Shown here piece by piece: positions 29,652-38,739 of a DNA stretch of 64,000 nt (position 1 is its first letter; each line of letters starts with the position of its first letter). The DNA is from Gemmatimonadales bacterium. Its GTDB lineage: Bacteria; Gemmatimonadota; Gemmatimonadetes; Gemmatimonadales; GWC2-71-9. The stretch is taken from positions 2,016,001-2,080,000 of the forward strand of contig OZ252244.1 in the NCBI GenBank assembly GCA_965249575.1, in the 5' to 3' direction. Made by a program: the position numbers and the translations under genes. The notes under the pieces were generated by a model. It searched no databases and was not told where the DNA came from. It saw nothing but the letters and a program-made list of their open reading frames with translations.

Positions 29652-30913
29652 GACGCACCCTCGCCCTCGTTTCGCTGACGTTGGTGGTATCCGCGGCGGC
29701 GCACGCCCAGGCCGTGCCAGACGGATCACAGGCCACCCGGGTCGAGCCGGCCTACCGCCGTACCCCCACGTTCCGGAACGATCCCTTCCGGCACGTCTAC
29801 ATCCCGCATTGGGGATTCGTTTTCTCGGTGGGCGCAACCGCCGAGAACAACGCGTTGAACGTGGCCGACGTGCGCGCCGTGATCTTTCTACAAGACAGGG
29901 ACAGCCTGCTGGCGGGTAGCCTCCTCGATCTCATCGGCCTGGTGCCAACCGGCGCGGGGATCAGGGGCCAGGCGCAGGGAGAGGGTGGGTTCTATCTGGG
30001 CGGACCGTTCGGCCGTCACGTAAGCATCGGCCTGTCGGCTCAGGGGCGGGCATACGGGTCCTTCCTGTTGGACGACGACGCGGTCGCCCTTTTGCGGGAC
30101 GGCAACGGCGCCCGCCAGAGTTTTTCCCTGGGCAACACCACGGCTTCTGGGCTCAGCACTGCCGAGGCGGGTGCCCATGCGATGATCCGGCTCGGATCGA
30201 GAGAGGCGACGGAGGTCACGCTCGGCTTCGGCGGTCGGTATATCCGCCCGATCTTCTACGCCGACTCGCGCTCCCTCATTGGGAACGGGGGCTTCATAAC
30301 GGTCACAAGCAGTAGCGTCGCGGCCAACATCCAGGTCGCCTCGGCTTTCACGCCCGAGATCAGTGAGACGTTTTCGGGGTCGGGTTTCGCGGCCGATCTC
30401 CTGCTGCGCCTGGAATGGCCACGCTCCGGGCTGGCGCTCGAAGCCATGGTCGCGAACCTGGGGAAACTGACGATTCCCGGGGTGGAACGCCGTGAACTGA
30501 ACTTCAACGTCGCCACCACCCGGATCGACGAGGTAACCGATTCGCTGGACGTCGTCGATTTCATCGTACAGGATACAACGGATGTCGATGTCACCCTTCC
30601 AAGAATCATACGGTTCACCGCTAGCGCCTGGGCGAACAGAATACTCCAGATCGATGTGAGTGCCACGGCGCCGGTCGACGGTGATTTCACCGTGCCGATG
30701 GTGGTGGATCTCGGGACGACGTGGCGTTTTGTGCGGGTGATCCCACTGCGTGTGGGTGTTGCTCTGGGAGGTCCCCAGAAGATCGGCTATACCGGCGGAT
30801 TGTCGATAGAGGGACGCACTATGTTCCTGCAGCTCCACGCACAGTCCCTCGGGGGACTGTTCCGGAAAGCCACCGGTACTGGGGCCCGGCTAGAATTGGG
30901 GTTCTTCTTCTAG
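29648..30913 (+). CDS. Outer-membrane beta-barrel protein
   Basis: Signal peptide (AHA-Q), amphipathic strands, C-terminal LELGFFF. Confidence 0.75.
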   Translation: MRRTLALVSLTLVVSAAAHAQAVPDGSQATRVEPAYRRTPTFRNDPFRHVYIPHWGFVFSVGATAENNALNVADVRAVIFLQDRDSLLAGSLLDLIGLVPTGAGIRGQAQGEGGFYLGGPFGRHVSIGLSAQGRAYGSFLLDDDAVALLRDGNGARQSFSLGNTTASGLSTAEAGAHAMIRLGSREATEVTLGFGGRYIRPIFYADSRSLIGNGGFITVTSSSVAANIQVASAFTPEISETFSGSGFAADLLLRLEWPRSGLALEAMVANLGKLTIPGVERRELNFNVATTRIDEVTDSLDVVDFIVQDTTDVDVTLPRIIRFTASAWANRILQIDVSATAPVDGDFTVPMVVDLGTTWRFVRVIPLRVGVALGGPQKIGYTGGLSIEGRTMFLQLHAQSLGGLFRKATGTGARLELGFFF

Positions 30914-31221
30914 AATAGCCCGCTTCTGGCTGCCTGCCACAACTTGACCATGCGGTCGAACCCATCCTGCAGCTTCGCGGCGCCCACGGGCGTCGGTGGC
31001 TCGCTCAACACCTCCTTCAGCCCTTGAGCGATGCTCGGTAGCTGCTTGCGTTTTTTCACGGCGCTTTCGTTCAGGATACCGTCGAGGATTGCTCGAAGCC
31101 TCGCGCGCTGCCCCTCATCGTCCGGTACCTGATACAGATAGGCCGCCACGTCCTTGCCTTCAAGGCACAGCTTGCCGACCTTGTCCAGGACCGGCGGCCG
31201 CTTGTCCCCCTCTTGATTCAT
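30910..31221 (-). CDS. Hypothetical helical protein
   Basis: 103-aa ORF with protein-like composition. Confidence 0.6.
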   Translation of the reverse strand: MNQEGDKRPPVLDKVGKLCLEGKDVAAYLYQVPDDEGQRARLRAILDGILNESAVKKRKQLPSIAQGLKEVLSEPPTPVGAAKLQDGFDRMVKLWQAARSGLF

Positions 31222-31364
31222 TGTCGCCCCCGGAGAGCAGTGGCTGTGGAACCATCAGGACGCCTTCTCAACTATAATACTTATCGTCAGGTAATCGTGG
31301 ACATCAAAGTGTCATCGGGCACCGAGCTGGGTCACCCGCTGTCCAGATTCTACTGCTGAAGGGG

Positions 31365-32081
31365 ATGTTTGACGTGACTGGGAAAGCACCACGGAAACCG
31401 CTGGCGCACTCGACATGGGAGTGGGCCAAATCGATTGCCATCGCGCTCGTTATTTGGATGCTCGTTCGATCGCTGCTCATCGAGGCCTTTCGCATACCGT
31501 CTGGCAGCATGGAGAACACGCTCCTGATTGGCGACTTCCTCTTCGTCAACAAGACGCTCTACGGAGCCGAAATTCCCCTGGTGAGCGCACGATTCCCGTC
31601 CGTGAGGGAGCCGGAACGACTGGACATCGTCGTTTTCCGGTCGGTGGAAGATCCGAGTATCAACGTAGTGAAACGCGTGGTGGGAATGCCGGGCGACACG
31701 CTTTCGATGGAAGCGAACGTCCTGTCGGTGAATGGTACATCATTGGAGGAGCCGTACGCAATCCGCACAGACCCAACCACCGATCCGGAGCTACCGCAGA
31801 TGCGCGGCTGGCAGAGCCGATATCTCGTCGGGCGGGATCCAAGGGCCTACCGGCCGACCCTGAAGAACTGGGGTCCCGTCGTCGTGCCCGCAGACTCGTT
31901 CTTTGTCATGGGGGACAACCGGGACAATTCGTATGACAGCCGGTACTGGGGATTCCTCGGCCGAGACCGCATTCGCGGCCGGCCGCTCCTCATCTACTAC
32001 AGCTACGACAAAAACGCAGTGCTCCCCCTGCCGTTCCTCACCGGTGTCCGCTGGGGTCGCATGTTCTCGTCCCCAGACTGA
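31365..32081 (+). CDS. lepB: Signal peptidase I
   Basis: IPSGSMENTLLIGD, VKRVVGMPGD, MGDNRDNSYDSRYWG. Confidence 0.95.
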   Translation: MFDVTGKAPRKPLAHSTWEWAKSIAIALVIWMLVRSLLIEAFRIPSGSMENTLLIGDFLFVNKTLYGAEIPLVSARFPSVREPERLDIVVFRSVEDPSINVVKRVVGMPGDTLSMEANVLSVNGTSLEEPYAIRTDPTTDPELPQMRGWQSRYLVGRDPRAYRPTLKNWGPVVVPADSFFVMGDNRDNSYDSRYWGFLGRDRIRGRPLLIYYSYDKNAVLPLPFLTGVRWGRMFSSPD

Positions 32082-32137
32082 GGAACCGAGTCGGGTCCCG
32101 GGCGCAAGCGGGATCCGGCCGAGTTGGAGAACGTGTC

Positions 32138-32353
32138 CTATTTGTAACGGTAGGTGATTCGACCGCGAGTCAGATCGTAGGGGGACAACTCGACGGCGAC
32201 TCGGTCGCCCTGCAGGATGCGAATGTAGTGCTTGCGCATCTTCCCAGAGACGTATGCGAGCACTGCATGGCCGTTTTCGAGTTCCACCCTGAAGGTGGTG
32301 TTGGGGAGAACCTCCTTGATCGTCCCCATCATTTGAATCGCATCACCACCCAC
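32138..32353 (-). CDS. infA: Translation initiation factor IF-1
   Basis: [16 protein letters not shown]...[17 protein letters not shown]...[13 protein letters not shown]. Confidence 0.95.
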   Translation of the reverse strand: MGGDAIQMMGTIKEVLPNTTFRVELENGHAVLAYVSGKMRKHYIRILQGDRVAVELSPYDLTRGRITYRYK

Positions 32354-32371
32354 GCGTCACGCCCTTCTGCG

Positions 32372-32625
32372 TCAATACGATAGTTCCGGGTGGGATGGTT
32401 GGGTCACATTCCGGGGCACATAAGCGGCTTGCCGGCCACACTTGGCGCACCTGAGCGTCACGTGCCGGTAACCGTCTCTGGCGCTTCCGTAACGGCGCCT
32501 GGGGGTGCGCTCGATCGCCTTATGCCCACAGGACGGGCACACCAACCTCTCTTGATCGCGATCGGCCAGGATCAACTGCAGGGCTTCGGGGGCTCTGTAT
32601 TCTTTGGTCGTTCGTCGTCCCACTG
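32372..32625 (-). CDS. Small Zn-finger-like protein (start uncertain)
   Basis: CPSCG...CAKCGR pair; co-directional just upstream of infA. Confidence 0.5.
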
Positions 32626-32756
32626 ATAACCTCGTCTTCCGCAACGGGGCCGTAAATGTATCCTCCAGACCGGGCGGTGGCAAACGAGCGCAACCCCTTG
32701 ACGAAGGGACGTGGAAGGGGATCTTAGACCCCCCCCAAAGCGAGCCGCGAGAGCCC

Positions 32757-33032
32757 ATGGAAAACCAACCCGCAGGCGACTATGTCCGAGTAGCCGACGT
32801 CGAGATCAGCTCGGTGCGATCAGAACGATCGGGGTTCCTGCTCGAGGGGAGGGGCGCCGATAGGGCGGATTATCTGCTCGAGCTTCACCTGGATATGCCC
32901 GTAGATGAACGGACAAGGGCGGTCCTTAGCGAGATGCTTGCGCAATCTGAATGGAGGGCATGGCGGAGGAGCCCGCAGCCCTTCCCGAGGCGTGGAGGCA
33001 GCGGTCACAAGCTGCGGACAAAGACCGGGTAA
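32757..33032 (+). CDS. Hypothetical protein
   Basis: ATG at 32757; protein-like sequence MENQPAGDYVRVADVEI. Confidence 0.6.
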   Translation: MENQPAGDYVRVADVEISSVRSERSGFLLEGRGADRADYLLELHLDMPVDERTRAVLSEMLAQSEWRAWRRSPQPFPRRGGSGHKLRTKTG

Positions 33033-33171
33033 GGCCCTGGAGGGTCTCCAGAGCCCACCGACCACCCGGGAACCCACCTGACGGCGTCGCGGCAGGGGAT
33101 CTCGCAGCGGCAAATGAAGTAACCAGTTATAAAACAACGTCTTACAGAATTGGATCGCCAGTATCACCGGG

Positions 33172-33200
33172 TTGACGTAGGTGTACCGACCCGCTAGGTT
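33172..33200 (+). promoter_or_regulatory. Candidate sigma70 promoter
   Basis: TTGACG-17 bp-TAGGTT upstream of a GGAGG RBS and ATG at 33230. Confidence 0.55.
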
Positions 33201-33229
33201 GCCGCTCCTAACGCCGTATTTGGAGGCAA

Positions 33230-33625
33230 ATGGCGCAGGAGCTTGGCGGCTCGCAGATCTCAGCTTTGCTGGAGACCGTACCGGGAATTGCGAGTGTCCT
33301 TCGCAGCCCGGTCGCTGACGCCGTGGTCGGAACGGTCCGAGCTGCTGCGGGGAAGGATGAATTCCGGCTGGATCATGCGCGGGAACTGGCGCAGTTCGCC
33401 GTCCGGAGAGGGCTGATCGGGGTGGAAGAGGCGGAGAGCCTCATTCAGGAGGTCAGCGAGCGCAGGAAGCGCCGGAGCCCGAGTAAGAAGGGTGTGACTC
33501 GGCGGCCGAAACCCGAGGCCCGCGCCAAAAAAGTAGCCTCACGGAAAAAAAAGAAGGCCGCCGCCCCGGCCCGGCATAAGAAGGCCGCTGGGACGAGCGG
33601 CAAACCGACGCGGAAGAAGCGTTAG
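33230..33625 (+). CDS. Protein with Lys/Arg/Ala-rich histone-H1-like tail
   Basis: GGAGG RBS; helical N-terminus then KKVASRKKKKAAAPARHKKAA. Confidence 0.75.
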   Translation: MAQELGGSQISALLETVPGIASVLRSPVADAVVGTVRAAAGKDEFRLDHARELAQFAVRRGLIGVEEAESLIQEVSERRKRRSPSKKGVTRRPKPEARAKKVASRKKKKAAAPARHKKAAGTSGKPTRKKR

Positions 33626-34675
33626 ACCTTGAACCCCTGGACGAGCGCCCGAAGGCGCTCGGCCGCCTGATTCAGTTCGGCCGCCTGGGCGGCCATCTCT
33701 TCGGTCGATGCTCCCTGCGCTTCAGCCGCCGCCATCACCTGGTCACTGGAGCCGGCGTGCGACCGGGCCTGACTGGCCACCTCTGCGATGGCCCGCTGAC
33801 GAGATTTGACCGGCGCTTGCCGCGATTTCCTCGCTGACAGCTGAAAGATCACCCGCTGTGGCGGCGATACGCTCGCTCTCCGACGCGATCTCGGTAACCA
33901 GGGATCGCAGGCTGGTTCCGATGCGAGACATCGCTTGAGCCAGCTCATTGAGCTCGCCGGGCATGTCCCCGAGGGGGACCGGGCGAAAGTCGCCCTCGCT
34001 GGCCCGGGTGGCCGCGCCGGCCAGGCGTGAAATTGGCTCTCGAACGGATCGCAACGCGAGGCCGCCCACGGCTACGCCGATTACGATCGCCGCAACGAGC
34101 AACACGCTCACGAGAGCCTGCCGGCCGCGAGTGTCCGCCACCAGTCGCTGCATCGCGCCAACGGTTTGAGCTGACTGGCGACCGGAGAACTCCTGGATTG
34201 CCTGGGTGAGGTTCCTGGCTGCCCGGCGGGCAGCAAACGCCGTCTCCACCGCCTGTCGGGATCCACCCAGGTCCCGCAGGGCCTGCGCGGCCCGATAAAC
34301 CGAATCGGTCTCGACCTGGAGCTCCACGATTCGCAGCGCTGCCACCCGGTCTTGATCGGAAAGGCGAGGGAGCGCGCCCAACTGGCTGGCGGCGGCCCGA
34401 GCCGTGTCGCTCGCCACCTGAAATGTCTCTCGCGCCTCTTCCGAGCGGTCGACCAGGTAGCGCTCTGCGGCGCCGATCTGAACGGAGACCGCCGCGGCCA
34501 GCTTCGCGGCCACTTCCGATGACAACGTGGTCCTGGTCACTTCCGTCCCGATCCCGCGCAAGCGTCCCAATGCCAGGATCGCGACTATCGCTATGACGGC
34601 AGTCGTAACCATGAGGGCTCCGGTCCCCAGGGCGATCCGCGTCTTAAGGGTGTTCAGATCAAGCAGTCGGTTCAT
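33622..34675 (-). pseudogene. Methyl-accepting chemotaxis protein with most of the signalling hairpin deleted
   Basis: TM-sensor-TM-HAMP, then SAVSEEIAASAGQISS jumps out of frame near 33795 into the extreme C-terminus STEEMAAQAAEL...LVQGFKV; conserved LALNAAIEAARAG core absent. Confidence 0.8.
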
Positions 34676-34907
34676 TGATAAAGGATGCGCCGAGCGGCAG
34701 TTACCCCCGGACCTCGGGGTCTATCCACTGGGTGGGCCCAATGATCCAGGGAGATGGTGTGGGGCATCGAGTAGTCGGCGCAACGTTAGTGCGGTGCCAT
34801 CTGGTGCGCAACGCCCCACTGTCCCAGCCGCCCCGGCTGAGGGCAGGTGCGGCGATGTCGGATGGGGTTGCACGATTGAGCCTGAACCGAGAGCCAGCCG
34901 GGTGGAA

Positions 34908-35531
34908 TCAGCGATTCTGGCCCCTCCGAATCACACGCCGGAAGATCGCGACGCCCGACTCCGGCATCGTCTCGTCGAAGAGCAGCGCGTTCGCGAACGG
35001 ATCGTACTGGCCGACCCACTCGACGCTATCTGGCCAGGTGAGTCTCAACAGCCGGGTTTCCCGTTCCCACTCACCCACGGTCCACAGCCCTCCGGTAACG
35101 GGCCGCCACCTGCACAGCCGATCGGCCGTGAGGACCAGCTCCGTCGGTTGGCCGATCTCCGAGCCCAGATCCCCGAGCCACCGTCCCGTGACGGGGCGCG
35201 CCAACAGGCTCTGCGGGGACATCGTGACGACCTCACCCTGAGGTGGTTCGAGAAGGAGCCGGCCGTAGGAGAGGCGGTAACGGGCCACGATGTTCGTGTC
35301 ACCGCTGGCGAGGAGGGAGTCACTGGTCAGGCGATAACGCAGTGGGTAACGGTCCCCGACCACCAGCATGGAGTCTGCATAGAACTCGAACTGGAGTGGC
35401 CTGCCCATGTGGATGCCAACCCATCGCCCGGCCAACAGAACGGAATCGCGTTGGGCAACGAGCGTGGTTGGAATGCTGAGGGGCACCAATAGGGCCAAGA
35501 GGTGGGATGGACGCACAGTGGCTCGTACCAT
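34908..35531 (-). CDS. Secreted hypothetical protein with two Trp-containing beta repeats (start uncertain)
   Basis: Signal-like LLALLVPL; repeated LAGRWVG / VTGRWLG lipocalin-like starts. Confidence 0.55.
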   Translation of the reverse strand: MVRATVRPSHLLALLVPLSIPTTLVAQRDSVLLAGRWVGIHMGRPLQFEFYADSMLVVGDRYPLRYRLTSDSLLASGDTNIVARYRLSYGRLLLEPPQGEVVTMSPQSLLARPVTGRWLGDLGSEIGQPTELVLTADRLCRWRPVTGGLWTVGEWERETRLLRLTWPDSVEWVGQYDPFANALLFDETMPESGVAIFRRVIRRGQNR

Positions 35532-35628
35532 GGCTGGCGAGGCCAGGTTCCGCAAGACGTCGGTCGAAGCTGGGGGCCCGGGTCGCGCCAATGGGCTCAA
35601 GGGGATACAATTACCCTAGGATTCAACT

Positions 35629-36246
35629 ATGACTGTTCCAGTGACGCTGCCTACTACACAGACCTTCTCGGAGCGAGCCGATGCTCTGGGACATTTCTTC
35701 CAGCGCGCCGGTGAGGCGCCCCGCCTCATCGCCTTCGACGACGAGGTGGGATGTCCGCTGCATAACGCATTGGCCGCACTCGAGTGGACCAGCGCGGTCG
35801 GCATCCTCAGCGATACGGATCTACTGCACGCCGCACGGCTGGGGGAAACCGCGGCGGCGACGGTCGAGCGGCGCAGGAACGGGCAGCGTGTGTTCGTGTA
35901 CCTGGGCCCGCGGATGGATGCGCCACCCGCCGATCCTTATGAGGGAGCGCTACTGTTCGATGAGCCTGGAGTCCGGGCGTTCGAGTTTGTCCAGCGGGCG
36001 CACGCGCTGGCCCACTTTCTCCGAGCGACGCAGGGGGCGGGCGGGGTATTGTCCCTTCTGGGGAAGCGCGCTCCCGAGCTGCGCCACGTCAAGCGGGCGC
36101 TTTCGGCGGTCTTTCAGTATCCTCCGCCGGACGTGTCAAATCTGATGCTGGCTGGGTGGTTCGCAACGACCGGTGGGGGCATTTTGTTCGTTCCCCCGCT
36201 TGCGGACGGAGTCTACACCTACCAAGAGGTATCGTCCGAGTCCTGA
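35629..36246 (+). CDS. Hypothetical protein
   Basis: 205-aa ORF with AGGA RBS and protein-like composition. Confidence 0.7.
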   Translation: MTVPVTLPTTQTFSERADALGHFFQRAGEAPRLIAFDDEVGCPLHNALAALEWTSAVGILSDTDLLHAARLGETAAATVERRRNGQRVFVYLGPRMDAPPADPYEGALLFDEPGVRAFEFVQRAHALAHFLRATQGAGGVLSLLGKRAPELRHVKRALSAVFQYPPPDVSNLMLAGWFATTGGGILFVPPLADGVYTYQEVSSES

Positions 36247-36328
36247 GCCGGCGCCAACCGGTCCATCACCCTACATTCGCAACATCGCGCCGCCCCGGTT
36301 GCCTAAATCGGGGAAGAGCCGTGGCTCG

Positions 36329-36419
36329 TGTGGACTAGTGGATGACTAGTTCTGCACAACTCCACATGCTGTGGAAATACCGCCGAACCATCGCCGGCGG
36401 GCGTGCTTACCGATCCACA
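36329..36419. promoter_or_regulatory. Cluster of DnaA-box-like 9-mers
   Basis: TGTGGACTA (36329), AGTGGATGA (36337), TTCTGCACA (36350), AACTCCACA (36358), TGTGGAAAT (36370), CGATCCACA (36411); 1-3 mismatches to TTWTNCACA. Confidence 0.45.
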
Positions 36420-36462
36420 ACGAGTGCACATGGAACGCCGTAACCCGAAGAAATATCGGCAC

Positions 36463-36490
36463 TTGCGCGATTGTGGCCCGCTCCTATATT
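36463..36490 (+). promoter_or_regulatory. Candidate sigma70 promoter
   Basis: TTGCGC-16 bp-TATATT directly before the first hairpin of the structured region. Confidence 0.55.
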
Positions 36491-36496
36491 TGCTCC

Positions 36497-36921
36497 CGTC
36501 GTGCAGGGGAAGGGTCGGGACGGACGTCTTGACCACGCCCTGCGTGGCAGGTTCGAGCGGGAAATTTCGGGGAGGGCGCCGATGCAACAAGGGCTCAGGC
36601 GTCCAGCGATCCGGGTGAGCACCCCGACTCGGACAGGCGGGGCCAGTCGCGCGCCTCGCCCACGCCGATCTGGCGCCTCGGTGTGCAGTGCGAAGGGTCG
36701 GTCCGCGACCCGATCCGACTCGCAGCGCCCCTACCGGTGAACCTTGCGGCTCGGCCAAGCTGCCTGGGGATGGAAGCCGGAGCTCCTGGTCACCCACCCG
36801 CGGGCGTATCAGTCCATGCGGCGGTGGCGGGAAGAAGAACAGCGGGAGTAAATCCCCTGGCTCCGGGTAACCGGTATGTGGACGGCGGGCATCCTCACGG
36901 GTGGCCCGCCGTCCTTTTTTT
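36497..36921 (+). ncRNA. Candidate large structured non-coding RNA (family unassigned)
   Basis: Promoter-to-terminator unit without a credible ORF, tiled by G-U-containing stems. Confidence 0.55.
36880..36921 (+). terminator. Intrinsic terminator
   Basis: GGACGGCGGGC / GCCCGCCGTCC 11-bp stem followed by T7. Confidence 0.85.
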
Positions 36922-37010
36922 CCTTCATCGCCTCCTGCGGCCGTCACGATTGCCGGGTTGGGCCTGGTATTGAGCGTCCGGTCCCTGGGGCCCGGTGCAG
37001 CGCCTCTCGT

Positions 37011-37997
37011 TTACGTCCCGTCGGGTACGCCCCAGTCACTGCGGCCACGGTAAACCCGTCGACGATCCAACGTCCACTGGGGTGTTGAGACGTCACCAGA
37101 CGGGAAATTGTCGGAGAGGCTCAGGGCGTTGGCCATGCTGGTGGTCTTTGCGCTGGCGTTGTCCGCCCAATGCAGCACCTCCGCTTCGAGCATCATCGGC
37201 GGCACCGGGCTTCCGAATGCCAGCTGGCCGTGATGCGACAGGACAAGGTGAGTCAGGATGTCTCGCTCCCAGTCGGTGCAGGGAGGTTCGGGTTCCTCGT
37301 TGATCCGGCGCTCGAGCATGATGGCTCCCAGCGCCACGTGTCCGATGAGTCGCCCCGCGGTCGTGTAATCGAACGCCCTGTCCCACGTGTAGCTCTTCAG
37401 CTTCCCGATGTCGTGTACCAGGACGCCGGCAAGCACTAGCTCCAGGTCGGCCCCAGCTGCTCGTCCGATGGTGCGGGCGATCGCTGCGACTTCAGCGGTG
37501 TGCTTGAGCAGTCCGCCGATCGCAGCGTGATGGCCGCGGATCGACGCCGGGCATCGCTCGTAATCACGCCGGAAGTCGGCGTCATCATAAAAGAGGTCGA
37601 GCACCCGCTTGAGCCGCGGTTTGCGGACATCCGCCCGCCAGGCGTCGAGCATTTCCCAGTAACGATCGACCGGACCAACCGATGGTAGCAGGGCCTCCAC
37701 GTCGACCGCGCCGTCGGGGAGAACTCGAAGAGAAATCACTTTCAGCTGCCGCCGGTCTCGGTAGCTTGCTACCTCGCCGATGACCTGCACGGCATGCCCG
37801 GCGCGAACCCCAGCTACCATGTCCTTTCGCTCGGGCCAGATCGGCTCGGTGGAGATTCGGCCGGTACTGTTGCCCAAGGCGAGGATCGTGAACGGATCGC
37901 CGGTATCCCGAGTGCGCGATGTCGACTCGAGCACCAAGAAGGTATCCTCGACTCGTTGACCTAACTCGAGAGATGGTACGTGCAGCGGTTCAGCCAT
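37011..37997 (-). CDS. yhaM: 3'-5' exoribonuclease YhaM/Cbf1 family (OB fold + HD domain)
   Basis: N-terminal OB fold; PAS..GHHA..GGLLKHT, HDIGK, LIGH, SHHG...GSPVPP...EA..LH..D. Confidence 0.88.
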   Translation of the reverse strand: MAEPLHVPSLELGQRVEDTFLVLESTSRTRDTGDPFTILALGNSTGRISTEPIWPERKDMVAGVRAGHAVQVIGEVASYRDRRQLKVISLRVLPDGAVDVEALLPSVGPVDRYWEMLDAWRADVRKPRLKRVLDLFYDDADFRRDYERCPASIRGHHAAIGGLLKHTAEVAAIARTIGRAAGADLELVLAGVLVHDIGKLKSYTWDRAFDYTTAGRLIGHVALGAIMLERRINEEPEPPCTDWERDILTHLVLSHHGQLAFGSPVPPMMLEAEVLHWADNASAKTTSMANALSLSDNFPSGDVSTPQWTLDRRRVYRGRSDWGVPDGT

Positions 37998-38007
37998 GAT
38001 TACAAAC

Positions 38008-38739
38008 TAGTGATGGGCACGGCGCAGTCGAGGCAGCGTGCGGTCGGGCTCGCGGGCTGGATGCTCGATTGGATCCCGCGCGATGGGCGGCGGCAGGTGG
38101 GCGACCGAGTTCGCATGGTATTCGAGCAGCGGCCGCTGGCTGGGTCGAATCACGTAGGCGTCGCCCTCCCGGAGCACCAATTCGCTTGCCGATCATGTTC
38201 CATGAGCGATCCATAATGGGCGCCGAGCCCCGGTCGAGTTGGATCATCGTGGCGTTCGTCGTTATCAAACGATCGTGGTAGGTCTCGATTCGTTCGAGCA
38301 GCTCCCGATAACGCACGAGACTCGAGCCAAAGGAGAGTAACGCCAGCGGCGACGAGGGGAACGGGGATGACGTGAAAGACCGCCCGTGCGACGGCGTAGC
38401 CGAACCGATAGTACGAGAGGACATTGAACGTAGGGACGATTCAGTCTACGTATCGCTCCACGAGGCGCCTGGCCTCCCCGACGCTCGAGCCCCGCTCTCG
38501 ACGATGGGCTTGGATCTCGACTGCGCGGGATCGCTCAGGATCTCCGTGGGCACGACCCGCCGGCCGACCAGTTTGTTGCGTTCCAGGTGAGCCTTGAACC
38601 GGTGAACGGTGCGGAAAACGGCCGCCCGGATCCTGGCCTCGATGAGCCGGCGGACCCTTTCCGCCAGCGAGACTCCGATGACGACCGCGAGTAGGACCAC
38701 GACGCCGGTGATCGCCCATCCACCAACGAGTCCCGTCAG
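38008..38739 (-). pseudogene. Glycerol-3-phosphate acyltransferase (PlsB-like) remnant with internal deletion, stop and frameshifts
   Basis: N-terminal TM, VERYVD*IVPTFNVLSYYRFGY, then a jump near 38370 to C-terminal VIPVPL and LLEYHANSVAHL; catalytic HxxxxD core not seen. Confidence 0.5.

Noticed and set aside
36329..36430. Chromosomal oriC
   Set aside because: No perfect DnaA box, no AT-rich unwinding element and no dnaA/dnaN neighbourhood
36497..36921. RNase P RNA, tmRNA or 6S RNA assignment
   Set aside because: Only loose echoes (GGGAAATTTCGGG, CACCCACC); no GAGGAAAGTCC with its complementary 3' strand, no tRNA-like ends, and too long and branched for 6S; left unassigned
36303..36973. 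ORF-track proteins overlapping the structured region
   Set aside because: Pro/Arg/Gly-rich translations, no RBS, and several run through the terminator
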